DNA from: Folioceros fuciformis
Taxonomy: Eukaryota
Assembly (NCBI GenBank): GCA_049999805.1
Contig: JBNGIO010006289.1
Coordinates: 1-64,000 of the forward strand
DNA length: 64,000 bases
Direction of reading: 5' to 3'
Shown here: positions 52,262 through 64,000 of the stretch, piece by piece
How the letters are laid out: each line of letters begins with the position of its first letter
How positions within the stretch are numbered: position 1 is the stretch's first letter
Notes under the pieces: generated by a model
The model's input: the letters and a program-made list of their open reading frames with translations, nothing else
Told to the model about the DNA's origin: nothing
The model's database searches: none
Translations under genes and position numbers: made by a program

Positions 52262-52832
52262 ATCTAATTGCAGAGATGAAAACAAAATCACCACCAAAGA
52301 GAACTAGTCATCTAGCTTCAGACAAGAGAAGAAAACAAAACCACAACCCAAAGCGAACTAGCCATCACAACCAAAGCGAACTAGCCATCACGGTAGCCTA
52401 GCTCCACGAAGGAAAACAAAACCGCAACCAAAAGGGGCTAGCCTAACCACATATAGGAAATCAAAACCACAACCAAAGGGGGCTAGGCTAACCGCATAGA
52501 GGAAATCAAAACCACAACCAAAGGGGGCTAGCCTAGCGTTGAAGAGGAAAACAAAACCATAATCAAAGGGGACTAGATTAGCTCCAAAGAGGAAAACAAA
52601 ACCACAACCACAAAGGACTAGTTGTCAAAGTAGCCTAGCTCCTAAGAGAAAGCAAAACCATGCCGAAGTGGACTAGCCAAGCTCTAGAGAGGGAAACAAA
52701 ACCACAACCAAAGGTGGACTAGCTGTAAAGTAGCCTAGCTCCTAGAAGAAAGCAAAACCACCACCACATTGGACTAGTCTAGTTGCAGAGAGGACAACAA
52801 AACCACAACCAAAGAGGACCAGCCATCACAAC
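52262..52832. repeat. Degenerate ~45-bp tandem array (about 12 copies) with a ~101-bp higher-order dimer
   Basis: Unit CCTAGCTCC..AGAGGAAAACAAAACCACAACCAAAGGGGACTAG. A TGT(C)AAAGTAG-led dimer repeats at ~52622 and ~52723. Confidence 0.88.
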
Positions 52833-53329
52833 CGGTAGAGGTGATAGATAGAATGTACTGGGTGGTAGATAGAATGTGCTGGTTAGCAATAAGCGTTCAA
52901 CACAAGAATGTCTTAGCGTCAGCAACTATTTTAGTGAAACACAAAAATGTCTCCAACTATCCTGCTTGAGGTATTACACATCCACGTCACTTCACTTCAT
53001 AAGTACTCTTTGTAGGCAATATACATGCATTTTCGACTGTGTCCAAGTGCCCTAAGCGTGGGAACCCTAAAGTACCTACGTATATGTCATGATACAAGTT
53101 CAGAAGTAACAAGTCGCACAGACATTTTCGGTGGACTCTGACAAGACTTCTTCTCCTCTATGTAGAGCTGGTATCGCCTCTATTTTGCATTTATCGAGGC
53201 GTTCTTAGGGGTTTTGTCTTTGTGGACGCTCAGCGCAGTGATGAAACCTGCCTGATCGAAACCCCATGCCCAGCCGTAAAAAGAATGCCGCAACAAGACA
53301 ACGCTCTGATCACTGCCTTTGAGCTCGTC

Positions 53330-56300
53330 TCATTGGAAGGAAGCCTCGATCTCCTCTAATGTACGGCCCCTTGTCTCGGGCACAAACAGGGCCACGAACA
53401 CCACAGTTAGCGCACACTCTCCTGCAAATATCCAGAAGGATCCCGCAGAGCTCCACTGCAACATGAAGTTGAACACCATAGTTACAGTCCACGCTGCAAA
53501 CCAATTCGCTAGCGTCGCCAAGCTCCCTGCCATACCCTTAACATTCGCTGGAAAGATTTCAGACATAACTATCCAAGGAATAGCACCCATGCCCATCGAG
53601 AACGCAATGATGTACACCAGCAAGCTAGTCAATGCTAGAACGTTCACATAGATATCCATGTTCGAGGTTGCCATCATAGCCATCTGTCCCTGGAGCAAGA
53701 ATCAGAACCCATGTCATCTGTTAGAAGTAAGGAACAGAGTAAGTGATTGCGGAAGACGAAAGTGATCAAAGGTGAGTCCACACCTTCAAGTAGAACGAAA
53801 ACCCCACAAGGAAGCAGCTCACAGCCATCCCACCAGCAGAGACCTGGCCAAGACCAATGCCAGCAGCTTAAACCAGAGGTGGCTAGAACAGTGGAGAAAC
53901 AATTACCTTCAAGACGTCAGGTTGCAAAAAACAATGAACAAAGACTTGAACGATCACTTCGTCTCTCACCATGAGCAGGAGCCGCCGGCCCGCTTTGTCC
54001 ATGATTCCTGCTGCTATCGCTGTCATGAATACCTGGAGAACCCCTATACCAAGCGAAGCAGCATTTGGGGAAGTGAATCCTGCAACCAAATGGATGCTAC
54101 ATCAGTCCAGTCGTGTGTCTTGATCCGCAGGTTTTGATAACAAACCTGCCACGTTCTGTATCAGCGCTAACTATACTCAGGTAGCATTCTTTGCAAGCAT
54201 CCTGAATGTAAGCTGCGATGTAGTCGAAGAACTTTTCGTGTTCTGCTATCACAGATGGAGAAATAACCTTGATATAATTACACGAGCAGAGTTCCTTCTT
54301 ACCAACTGAACGGAAAATTTCACTGGCGTAGAACATGATGGCGTTGATTCCTCCGAATTGCTGGAGAAGTTGTAAACCAACTCCGGCCTTACAGACACGG
54401 AACAAAACATGTTCGCTATTATCATTGTTTGCTCACTGCCATCCTTCATGCAGGAACATCACTGGAGGTCTATGTTTAGGTTGGAGTTTTTAGACGCTTA
54501 CAAGAAGCGGACGAAAGAGACGTCGACTAAAAAGATCGGAAAATTGGGCTGGAGGCTGAGACTTTGCCTCCTCTGTAACTTCCTGCAAAATCAAGGATCA
54601 TCGATGAGCACACAGCTCTTACTTACCTCAGGATCATTCTGTGTTATCACCTGGCACTCATAATGCATCTAAGCCATGGGTGATGGGCGATTTCACTATC
54701 ACAGCTTTAGCTACCTACGTGGTGCGGGATGACCTGCAACTCACTTTCATTTCTCTCAACTCGGATGACACATCGAAACTAGCGCCTCGAAGCAATTGCA
54801 ATGCAGACACCACCTCGCCATCCTCAGCACCTGATGTAACCTGTTCATGAAGCCCAGTTAGCTGCAAACCAAGGCATCCTCTCCACACCAATCATTTTCA
54901 TGAAAGGACTGAAATCAACTCACCAGCCAGCGAGGAGACTCCGGAACGAAGAAAAGACCAATGAGCAGGAGTGTGCAAGGGATGATCCCTGGAGGTTATC
55001 AGCAAATGAGTGAAAGCGTCAATTGAAGTGCAGGGCCCTTTGCCTGATCCTGTGTAAAACGCTTGCACTCCCAAGGCTATGCAGCAAACATGTATAAATC
55101 GGGTGCATAGTACACACCAGCCGCAGCAAGCTGTCGCCACTCCAGAAGGAGGCCACCCAAATAGGCCAATAGTATGCCCACGGTGACTGCAAGCTGCGGC
55201 ACCACAAAGCAATTGTACGAGAGTGAGATAACACTGCAGTGGGAGAGCTGGGGAACCATTTCAAGTCCAACCACATGTTGCGGAAAAGTACCTGATTGGT
55301 TGCCCCAAGACCGCCACGCAGGTGGATGGGAGCAATCTCAGCTATGTATATGGGTACCTGCACCAGCCCATGGATTGGTTCCAATGCAACAATGGAGTTG
55401 AACAGCGTCACAGGGCAAGCAATCGTGGAGATACTCACCGTGAAAGAAATAACTCCCACGCCGTAACCAATCAGAAGCCTTCCGATGTCAAGAGTGACGG
55501 CGTTCTGCGCCATGAACAAATAGGAAAGTAAGGTATCAGCAGGGCTTGCGGCCTCGAAATGGATCCGCAAAGCTGAGTTACAACTGTCGACCCAGCTTTG
55601 TAAGCTGTCAGATAGACCATAGGGTATGAACAACGAGGACGAAAGCGTACCGAGGAGAAGACTGTTGCCACCCATCCCAACAGATGTGGCAAAGACGCGA
55701 CGACCAGGGCCTGCAGATTAGAAGGTACAAAATCCAACATCAATGGGGCGGGCGAAATGCAGTTGGCGGATAATTCGATCGAACAAAGCCTCCAGACCGC
55801 GATTGATGGATGACAAGGGAAGCAAAATTCCATGAGGAGGAGAAACGGCATGTTACCTTTCTCCTCCCCAGTCGGTCAGCAATCTTGCCACTCGTGATGG
55901 CCCCCACCATCGCGCCGACGTTGACAAGAGAGCCATACAAGGAGAACTGCAGAGAGTAGCCCGGAAGTCAGCAAAACAGGCGAACCCAACAAGCAGGCTT
56001 CATCGCCAACGCAAACAACGCAGAGATGAAGAGCACCTCGGAGACAGTGAGGCGTAGATCACTGGTGATTGCTGCTTGGGTGGGGGACGAGTAGCCAAGC
56101 TGGAGCATAGAGTGTAACCATCAGTTCCGGCGGCCGACAGGACAAGATTACAATCCCGGTTTGCGTTTGCACCAAACCAGCGCTCACCGAAAATCCGAAC
56201 GAGATGGGTCCTAGCGCCACGACAAGCGTACAGACGATCGCGAAAAAAGCTGACACGGATTCCGCAACATGCTTAGACTTCTTCCCACCAAGGGCACGGG

Positions 56301-56391
56301 CACGGACACGGCCACTCCCACTCCCACTCCCGCTGCTGAGAAGAGGCCGTCGCTGAGGGTCAATCGCACTCTCCACGTCCTTCACCGTCAT
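53330..56391 (-). CDS. ERD6-like monosaccharide (MFS) transporter, multi-exon
   Basis: [97 protein letters not shown] and [16 protein letters not shown]. The N-terminal QRRPLL resembles a dileucine sorting motif. Confidence 0.96.
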
Positions 56392-57672
56392 GCTGCAGAA
56401 TCTTCCACAGATCTGGTGTCCGAGGAAGAGGGCTACCCAAATTCCCAGGACCAACAGGACTCGGTGGGCGCCGGGCAGCTGCCACCCGCTCCTCACGCAC
56501 TCGCAGTCAGCGCGGAGATCCCGGGACTGACGGACTCTGGGAGCGACAGTCCTGAAAGCGCAAGAGTGGGCAGGGGGATTGCATTTACGCTAGTGGCGCG
56601 CGTCGGCTGGAGTCAATGATCACCGACACGGCCACAGGCGCAATTATGATCTCTCCCTCCCTCCTTCCCTCCCTCCAGCCCGGAATGTTCCTCCTCCACC
56701 CGTGAGCCAGACCTGTGGGCGGAAGCAAGCAAGTGGCTCGTGCTTGTTGAATGAGAGAACCGGTAGCTGAAACTGGGGGTTAAAAAGGAAGTCCCATAAG
56801 GCAGGTGCTGAGGTGGTCGGATGGCCTCTACCCTCCTTTTGCCTCCTGCCTCCTGCCCAAGTGTCGTCTCCGCCACCAGTTACCACGCCAAACCTCACTT
56901 GTGCCATGTACACCATACTTTGCAGGCAGTTATGTGTTTTACAGTGTTCTGTTGTTTGGTGTAGTGCAACTGCAACCCGCAGCGGCCGTGGCCTCCCCGG
57001 GCCCTGCGCTGCCCTGCCCTGCCCTGCCTCCTGGGCTCGAGTATAACTCCGGTGTGGCCCCGCCCCAGGCCACACTGTTCGGAGCTCCAGAGCCTCACCC
57101 TCTCACGTCTCTAGCATCGTCCTCCTCGGTCAACAGTCGGATTAGTGCATCATCCAGAGCTATTGTCCTCTGAGACATAAGTCCATCAGGGTGAACCCAT
57201 CTGATCTGATCCGCTCCCATTGGATGATGATCAGCCAGTCCCATGACCCGAGGTGTCCACTGCCGGCCTTCCGTGACTGGACACGCACCACCCGGATCTT
57301 ATTTCGTGGTATGTCCAATCCGATTGCCCCAAAGTTTAACACGTTCTGTACACTCTCCAGCCTGGTGCCTGGTCCCAACCGACATGTGGCCCATTGTGTT
57401 GTCGGTCAAGGACTTCATTGGTGGCACCCTCCACCGATTTTTCACACAAAAATCTCACCCGGACCCGACCGGGACCTGAGGGCCCTTCACCATTCCACGA
57501 AAAAGGTTCCCCCCGAGTGCGACACACTCTCCAACTTAGCGTGTCCTCTGTCCTGCCCGGCGTGCTACGGTCATCCTAAAAGGACTCCTCTCCTCTCCTC
57601 CCCTCGCCTCCTCACCTCTCCTATGTGGCCAACATAATTTTATGGTGGCCATCCTCCTTGTATACCTATCCC

Positions 57673-57691
57673 ATATATATATATATATATA
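57673..57691. repeat. (AT)n microsatellite
   Basis: ATATATATATATATATAT in the AT-rich intergenic region. Confidence 0.85.
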
Positions 57692-60303
57692 CGTATCTGT
57701 TCACATTATGGGAGCGTGCGTTCGTGGAAGACCCGCCAATAATTGTTACCCTCCCCACTAGCAAATAATAACTAGTACACAGCTCCCACACTGAAAATAG
57801 CTTAATTTTTTAAAATAGTTAAATATGAAAACCGTAAACCTTAAATATTTACTAAATATTATATTTTTTTCAAATATATAGAGACGAGAGAGAGTTCAAA
57901 ATAACCTTAGAGCCATATTCATCTACTGATAAAGTCTCTATTAAACAAGTTCATAACATTGGAATTATTTTTCTCCATATATTATATTAGAATATCGTGC
58001 TGCTGGCAATATATGCCCCGACTTCAACTTTCTCATGGTTCTTCATGTTTCCAAGAATGATATAGATACGGAAGGAAAAATTAAAATATCCCGCGTCCTC
58101 TTCTTGCGATACATATGACTCGAGCTCGACAAAGCTCCTGAAAAACATGAAAACGAATGATTCAAAACATGTGGCAATCGTACGTAGTAACCAAGAAGAG
58201 CTAGCAAGGCATAGAAACAACATACAGAGACAAAGAACTAGAAGCCAAGTTCTGTTTGGTGATCTGGTGGATAGTGTTTTTCATGAGTATGACGGCACTC
58301 CCCACTAGGTGCCTGACTTTTATGTCCGTACCAGATGTTTGCCTACCAGGACTGGTGCGCCGCAGGACACCCACCTGCACTTTAGGCATCCCAAATGAGC
58401 TGACCTCAGGATTCCCGTGCTCGTGAATATCAGGCTATCGGTCCATCAACTTGGAAACCATGTTAGAGAAAGTTGGCAGGTTGGGATTGAGAGTCTCGCC
58501 TGTCGTGAGCCTCGGGGCCAACTGTGTCCTCACGCTCCGTGACGTTGATCTCCTTGTCCGTCACTTCACTTGCTGGGAGACGTTGGGACCTGTTGTGGAC
58601 GCGCAGACTTGATGGCCAGATAACCTCCGAAGCTTGTTAGCAGACGCCAGTGTAGACGAAACAGAGCGGCAAGCCTGCGGTTTAAAAAATTTCAGAACTC
58701 TTGCTTGAAGGCGCGGTCTTTGATCGTCAGTACGCGACTCAACAGTAAGGGAGCTCAACCACAAGTTTTCCATCAAATCGGTTTCTGAGGATGGCAGTGG
58801 GGTTTCACGAGTCCATGTTTTCCTATCCATGAGATTGCAGCGTACCTCGAACCGGAGAAACCTCTGAATCGTGAGCGACACGGACACCTATGTCCAGCAG
58901 TCTCCAGTCTCGGAGTGGTGTACTTTGTGTGTCTGTCTCCAGCTAGGTGATGGTGACAGCAGTAAGCTCTTCCTCATTTGGAGGTCTTGTCACTCACCTC
59001 AACGATGGAAATGCAGGACCTGTTTTCTTGTGAAACCGTGCCACAGGACCTGCATTGTCCAAGAGAGCATTAAGGGCATGGCAGCCTTGAGCGCTGGAGG
59101 TCACCAAAGGCCTCATATTCACGAGGCAGCCTTGGTACATCCTGCCAACCTGCACACCCTCATTTCCGAACTTGAGGCCTCAAGCCCTAAGCTTCCATTC
59201 TCGTGGCTGGCTGGAGCACGGATGATACACAAGCACAGCTACTTCTTTTTCGTCCGAGATGCTTAACACAGATTGCTAAGCACTGTTGAAGTCCCTATCC
59301 CACCACAGTACCCTGCAGATGTACCTGCGACATCACCGATGTCTGAAGAGATCGCACAGCTCCAGGGAAAAATGGCTAAGGTAAACACAGCATTCTTAGT
59401 CGCATCACGCATCAAAGAAACCCTAAGTGCCAAAATGCGTTGCGCACTGGCAGCGGGATTGGAATAGGGCCGAGGGGAGCTGGATTAGCACGGCACGTTA
59501 AAGATAGCAGGTCCGACTGGCCACGACTGCGCCGCTTTGCGTCGTCGTGCAGGCACGTCCATGGCGACCACCGCTCTCCCTAAAGCAATGTTGCGATTCC
59601 ACAGCTCCTGCTCCTTGATGGTTAATTTACGAATACAAGTAGTATGGCACCCGAGATGGATCAAGATTCCTGCACACCGTCTGGTATCCCGATGGCACCA
59701 GAGAACAACGACCGCCGAGCCAGTCACCTGGCACAGCTCCATAGGCCAACTGGTGCACACGCAGAAGTGCGTGCAACTCGAGGGACCGGAAGTGCACAAT
59801 TGAGACGGTGCACGCCCTGTGCATGTGCACGCGGACGCGGTGGCTCCTGTTGACCTTGTGCAGCACCACAGATGGTCTAGCTATGTGGTTGCCGGTGCTC
59901 ATCATGCGGATCCATGTACAGCCGGGGCAGTTTGCAAGCATCTCTTGATGCTTCTGCACTGCCGGCTCTCGTCCCGTCTCGTTTCGTCTTGCCAGACGTT
60001 GCGGGTTCAGCAGAGAGATCACACAATCATCACCTTGAAATTGTCTGAATTCACCCTCCATCACCACTTGATGTAGAGATCTGCATCAAATTCTGTTCGG
60101 TTAGATCCATCAATTCGCCGGCTGACATGCAGCGCTCTTCCTTTGCCTGGTGTGCAGATTAGGTTCGGTGTTCGGAGTTAAGGTTTCTGTACTGGGCTTG
60201 GAGTCTCATCGGGAAGGACAGTCTGCGAAGCAGCTCTCACTGGCCCCATCTAAAGACCAGCATGGAAAGCTTGCGATAACGGCGTTGCGGGAAAACACAA
60301 GCC

Positions 60304-63300
60304 ATGGAAGACGCTGGTAGCAAAGGGGCCAGGGCTGGTCACCGGGGAAGTTCCACGACCAAGGCAGCGTTAAGTCCATCAAATTATGCTAGCGGTGATG
60401 AGGACGGCAAAGAGCTTGGCTATGTCAGCGGTGGTTCAAGCAACTGGTACGGCAAGCTCAAGGGCATGAGCAGCTCGTTGAAGAAACTTACTTTGTCCAA
60501 GAAGAAGCAGCCATCCGCGACGCAAGGTAGCCAAAGTCTGGCGCGGGCAATCAGCTTCAGCAACACCTCCAAGAGTGTGGATCACGGAAGGCCTAGTTCG
60601 AGCAGCAAGAAGGAGCTGGCCGCTACCAACCTCAAGGGCCTGGGCTCCAACTCCGTTGATCTCAGCTGCGGCATAGCACGAGTCCCCTCTGCCGGTGCTG
60701 TTCCCTTGCCAAAGAGGAGGAACAGATCTCTAGAGGTTTCCCGGGACCAAGTCGCAAGAGCCGAAGACGCAGCTCCCGCCTTCTCCAAATCCAAGATTCC
60801 AATCGTGAAGTCCAATTTTGTGAAGGAGAGCAAGGAGAAAAAGGAGGATTTGGATGATCCCACTTTTGGGATCCATATGTACCAAAGGCTGGCTACCGCT
60901 TCTGACTCAGATGGGGACGTCACTGCTGGAACTCTGAATCCAGCCAGCAAAAGCGGGGAGTACGAATCATCCCTGGCAAATCTGATGCTCATGGAACAGC
61001 TGGGGTGCGATTCACTGCTTCCAGATTTCTCCCCACAGAAGGACGAGCAAAACTCCAAATCCAAACCAGCAGGCGCCGAAGTCAAGAGGCATAATGTCAT
61101 TGTCTCTGAACCAGCGAAGGAAATCCCAGCAGCGGGCCTCGGGGGGAAGAAGGAGGGGCTGACCGGTTCCGCACAGAAGCCGTCAAAGGAAGACAAAACT
61201 GGAGGGAGCGGGTGGCCGCTGAGAAGGATCACCGGTTCCGGCCCGCTGCTCTCGAACGGACGGAAGAAGGTTGCAGGTAATGAGAAGAAGGCGACAGAGA
61301 TTGCAAATTCAGGGATCAAGGGCAAAGGAGGTCCGGGGAAGAGCATGTCTGGAGAGCTCTTCACTCTGAAAGCGGCGAAGAAAGCCTCTGCGGATCCCGT
61401 AGTGCCTGCTAGGAAGTCTGTGAGCGACATGCCGGCTCGCAAATCCGCGTCCAAGGACGGCCCGAATGCTTCCAATAAGAAACCGCAGCCGGATGCCTCG
61501 GCCGGCAAGAGACCGGGTTCCGGATTGTTAGCCGACGCTCCGAGGAAACATCCTGTGGCAACTGTCACAAAGAAGGCTGCACCAGTTAGTGATTCCCCGG
61601 GCCCGGGCAGGAAGTCGACCGACTTGGGGTTAAGGAATGCGGGGCCCGGGAGGAAATCAGTTAGTAACAAGCTGGGGGGCTCAGCGTTGAGCGGCCAGGG
61701 CGAGGTAATCCGACAGGTAGGCGACTCGGCGTCGGGACAGGCTGAGAAGAAGAAGATAGCGGGTAGTAATGAAGATCCTGGAAGCATGTTGGAATTTCTG
61801 AAAGGAAGTGTAGATTTCTCAGCTCCGTATATTCCAGGTGCGGTCGTGTCGGAACGTGAGAAGGTCGATAGCTCGGCTGGTCTGCTGCATCCGGATTCCT
61901 TGTTTGATTCCTCTGGCTCTCCCACCTCTATTTTGACAGGATCCGGGGCCGGCGAATCTTTGATTGCAGCCTATGGTGAAAGTGTTGAGCCTGAGGAGGG
62001 TTTCGGAGTTGGTGAAGATGAGGACGATGAAAATGGGAGGTCCCCTCCCTCCGTTTCGGAAATCAGAATTTTGGGAATCTCGAGAGAATTAGATGGCAAG
62101 GGCGGAGGAAGCTTGGAGCAGACAGCGTTTACACCACAATCTCCCAAGAAATCCGTGCAGGATCTTATTCGAGAGCTAGAACGGAATGCTGCGCAAGCAG
62201 CGCCAGCAGGGCCTGCGAGGGCGCAGAAAGGCGCGTCCATTCCGGTCAAGGAGAGAGCCGGGACGGTAAATGCCTCAGAGGCGCAGCCACGCGCTGTTGA
62301 GGATGGTGCCGGGTTTGGTCAGAACGGTGACGATGGCAGCGTAGTGGTGGAAGAGAAGCTGGCTGTGTCCGACAGCCATCACCAAGGGCAGTCGGTATTG
62401 CCCACTTTGGCAGGCGACACGGGAGGAGATGTGAACAATAGGGTGGCCGGGGCGAGGTTTGAATCCGATTCCATCACCACGGAGACTTCTAAGGACGCGC
62501 TGAAAGTAGATCTAATGGAGCGGTTTGAGGAGCTCCATCACAAGCTCAAAATCGATCTTGATCCCAAGGTTGTGAAAGACATCCATCGGACTTTCAACTT
62601 CGGATTGGTGCAAGCGGCGGCTGCAGCGAGTACAGGCGAGTCTGGGAGCAGCTGGAGCAAGCCGGCACAAGGGAATAGCGCGGATGGGAACAGGCGAAAG
62701 AAGCTGGTTGCACCACCCAAGGCTCTGGCAGCAGCAGCGCACGGCAAGAAAATCATGGAGGGGATAGCAGGACTCTCTATCGCAAAGTCGGCGGCAGTCG
62801 CGCCGGCGCCAGAGGTGGCCATTGGAGAGGTGGCTTCCTCTTCAGTGGACATGGACAAGAGCAGCAGCTCCGGATCCTCAAATCCCATATTCCGCGAGAC
62901 ACTGCCTGCCGCTGTTGAGGATTGCGAATCGGAGAAAGATGAACTCCCTGTTCCGGCGATTGATCCAGTACTTCCAGTGCAGCCTCCTGAGCAGCCGAGG
63001 TCTAGCGTTGAATCCACCATGGACGTGAGGGTGCTGAGCAGCACAGCTTCCACCAAGATGCTGACGAGCCGGAATATGCACAAAGTGGCTGCGCTGCTGA
63101 AGGAGCGCGGTGACCGCAGAGCAGCTCCCCGGCCGGACCCTGGAGATGAAGCGTCTTCAGAAGCGGACTCAGCCCGATTCCAGGACCTGCCCCGGTCCAG
63201 CATCGAGTCTGAAGTGAAGGCGCTGAGCAGCACGTCGTCCAACAAGATACTGACGGCCAAGAATTTCCAGAGGGTGGCTGCTCTCCTCAATGACTACAAC

Positions 63301-64000
63301 GCAGAGCTCAAGGCTGGCCTAGTGGTCCAACCCCGGACGGCTGGCGGTCTGGACTCCAGCTCCAGCAGCTTCAGCCGGCTGGACCTCATGCTGCCTCTGG
63401 ATGAATTCGAGTCAGAAGCCGACCGCACCGTGACCAAGAAGGTTGTGAAGCCGTACCTGGTTGACGGGAGGTCCAGCAAGAGCTCTCCCGCTCGGGTGGC
63501 CTCCGATACCTACCAGACTAGCACGCCTCCCAGCGCCAAGTCCAATGGTACCGCGGCCTCCGGAGGGAGCGCTGCCCGTAGGAACGGACCAAGAGCTGTT
63601 GCAAGCAGGTACAGGAATGTGGATTACTCGCCCAAGGTGAGCAAGCTGGGACAGTCTGTTGATGGGCCGGACATTAGAGGGCCGTGGAACAGAGGATCGG
63701 GCTCCCAGACTGCTCGGCGATCGCTTGATTTGCAGTTCAAGGCTCAGATGTCGGATCCTTACTACAGCAAGCCGAGGAACGGCAGATCTGGGGCTGCTCA
63801 CCACTCCAACGGGAGTAACGGAGGTTGGTCTTCTTCTTCACGGACGGATCGGGGGCAACCGAAAAGGGGAAGAGCTAGGTCACCTGGGCCCAATTCGCTC
63901 TCCAGAGACGCTGGTCAAGTTGGTAGGAAGCCAGGCCCTGTTCGGGAGGATTCTAACCTGATGGCCTTGCAGGCACGTGCACAGTCTGAAGCTGCTGGGG
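60304..64000 (+). CDS. Large S/K/G/P-rich, probably disordered protein of unknown function; 3'-truncated by the window edge (>1230 codons)
   Basis: The start GCCATGG is in good Kozak context (MEDAGSKGARAG...). The frame was read at many points without a stop up to 64000. The ORF track lists nothing in this frame, which fits the absence of a stop, and the long antisense ORFs are its shadows. Confidence 0.8.
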   Translation, partial: MEDAGSKGARAGHRGSSTTKAALSPSNYASGDEDGKELGYVSGGSSNWYGKLKGMSSSLKKLTLSKKKQPSATQGSQSLARAISFSNTSKSVDHGRPSSSSKKELAATNLKGLGSNSVDLSCGIARVPSAGAVPLPKRRNRSLEVSRDQVARAEDAAPAFSKSKIPIVKSNFVKESKEKKEDLDDPTFGIHMYQRLATASDSDGDVTAGTLNPASKSGEYESSLANLMLMEQLGCDSLLPDFSPQKDEQNSKSKPAGAEVKRHNVIVSEPAKEIPAAGLGGKKEGLTGSAQKPSKEDKTGGSGWPLRRITGSGPLLSNGRKKVAGNEKKATEIANSGIKGKGGPGKSMSGELFTLKAAKKASADPVVPARKSVSDMPARKSASKDGPNASNKKPQPDASAGKRPGSGLLADAPRKHPVATVTKKAAPVSDSPGPGRKSTDLGLRNAGPGRKSVSNKLGGSALSGQGEVIRQVGDSASGQAEKKKIAGSNEDPGSMLEFLKGSVDFSAPYIPGAVVSEREKVDSSAGLLHPDSLFDSSGSPTSILTGSGAGESLIAAYGESVEPEEGFGVGEDEDDENGRSPPSVSEIRILGISRELDGKGGGSLEQTAFTPQSPKKSVQDLIRELERNAAQAAPAGPARAQKGASIPVKERAGTVNASEAQPRAVEDGAGFGQNGDDGSVVVEEKLAVSDSHHQGQSVLPTLAGDTGGDVNNRVAGARFESDSITTETSKDALKVDLMERFEELHHKLKIDLDPKVVKDIHRTFNFGLVQAAAAASTGESGSSWSKPAQGNSADGNRRKKLVAPPKALAAAAHGKKIMEGIAGLSIAKSAAVAPAPEVAIGEVASSSVDMDKSSSSGSSNPIFRETLPAAVEDCESEKDELPVPAIDPVLPVQPPEQPRSSVESTMDVRVLSSTASTKMLTSRNMHKVAALLKERGDRRAAPRPDPGDEASSEADSARFQDLPRSSIESEVKALSSTSSNKILTAKNFQRVAALLNDYNAELKAGLVVQPRTAGGLDSSSSSFSRLDLMLPLDEFESEADRTVTKKVVKPYLVDGRSSKSSPARVASDTYQTSTPPSAKSNGTAASGGSAARRNGPRAVASRYRNVDYSPKVSKLGQSVDGPDIRGPWNRGSGSQTARRSLDLQFKAQMSDPYYSKPRNGRSGAAHHSNGSNGGWSSSSRTDRGQPKRGRARSPGPNSLSRDAGQVGRKPGPVREDSNLMALQARAQSEAAG

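Noticed and set aside
52262..52832. Array as a CRISPR locus
   Set aside because: Units are degenerate head-to-tail copies without unique spacers, there are no cas genes, and the context is eukaryotic.
57040..57640. Small GC hairpin (GTGTGGCC..GGCCACAC) and the 148-aa ORF as a MITE or gene
   Set aside because: No terminal inverted repeats, target-site duplication or recognisable protein motifs could be established.
60582..63804. Long minus-strand ORFs (447, 250 and 130 aa)
   Set aside because: They are antisense shadows of the + strand giant ORF.

Overview
This is eukaryotic nuclear DNA from a gene-dense land-plant genome. Most introns are short (about 70-120 nt) GT-AG introns, which fits a compact bryophyte or lycophyte genome such as a hornwort; that assignment is inference only. 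Genes in order: strictosidine-synthase-like (-), RING-CH/RINGv E3 ligase (-), a giant acidic tandem-repeat protein with a SAP-like N-terminus (-), TBP (-), a ~3.4-kb AT-rich degenerate TE-like island, transportin-1 (+), a SWAP70-like PH/coiled-coil protein (-), a DmX/Rav1 WD40 protein (-), an apparently intronless organellar DNA gyrase B (+), RNA polymerase I subunit 2 with a U12 AT-AC first coding intron (+), a single-exon F-box protein with a CxxC pair and an acidic insert (+), a hairpin followed by two tandem-repeat arrays, an ERD6-like sugar transporter (-), and a >1230-codon disordered ORF (+) that runs off the window and is missing from the ORF track. There are four N gaps (30500-30599, 38808-39207, 40432-40531, 51829-51838). 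No prokaryotic systems, CRISPR arrays, tRNA or rRNA genes were seen. The most notable observations are the intronless divergent GYRB, the AT-AC intron, the SAP-like acidic repeat protein, in-frame duplicated splice donors, the composite repeat element and the hidden giant ORF. Gene names rest on motifs recalled from known families, not on database searches.
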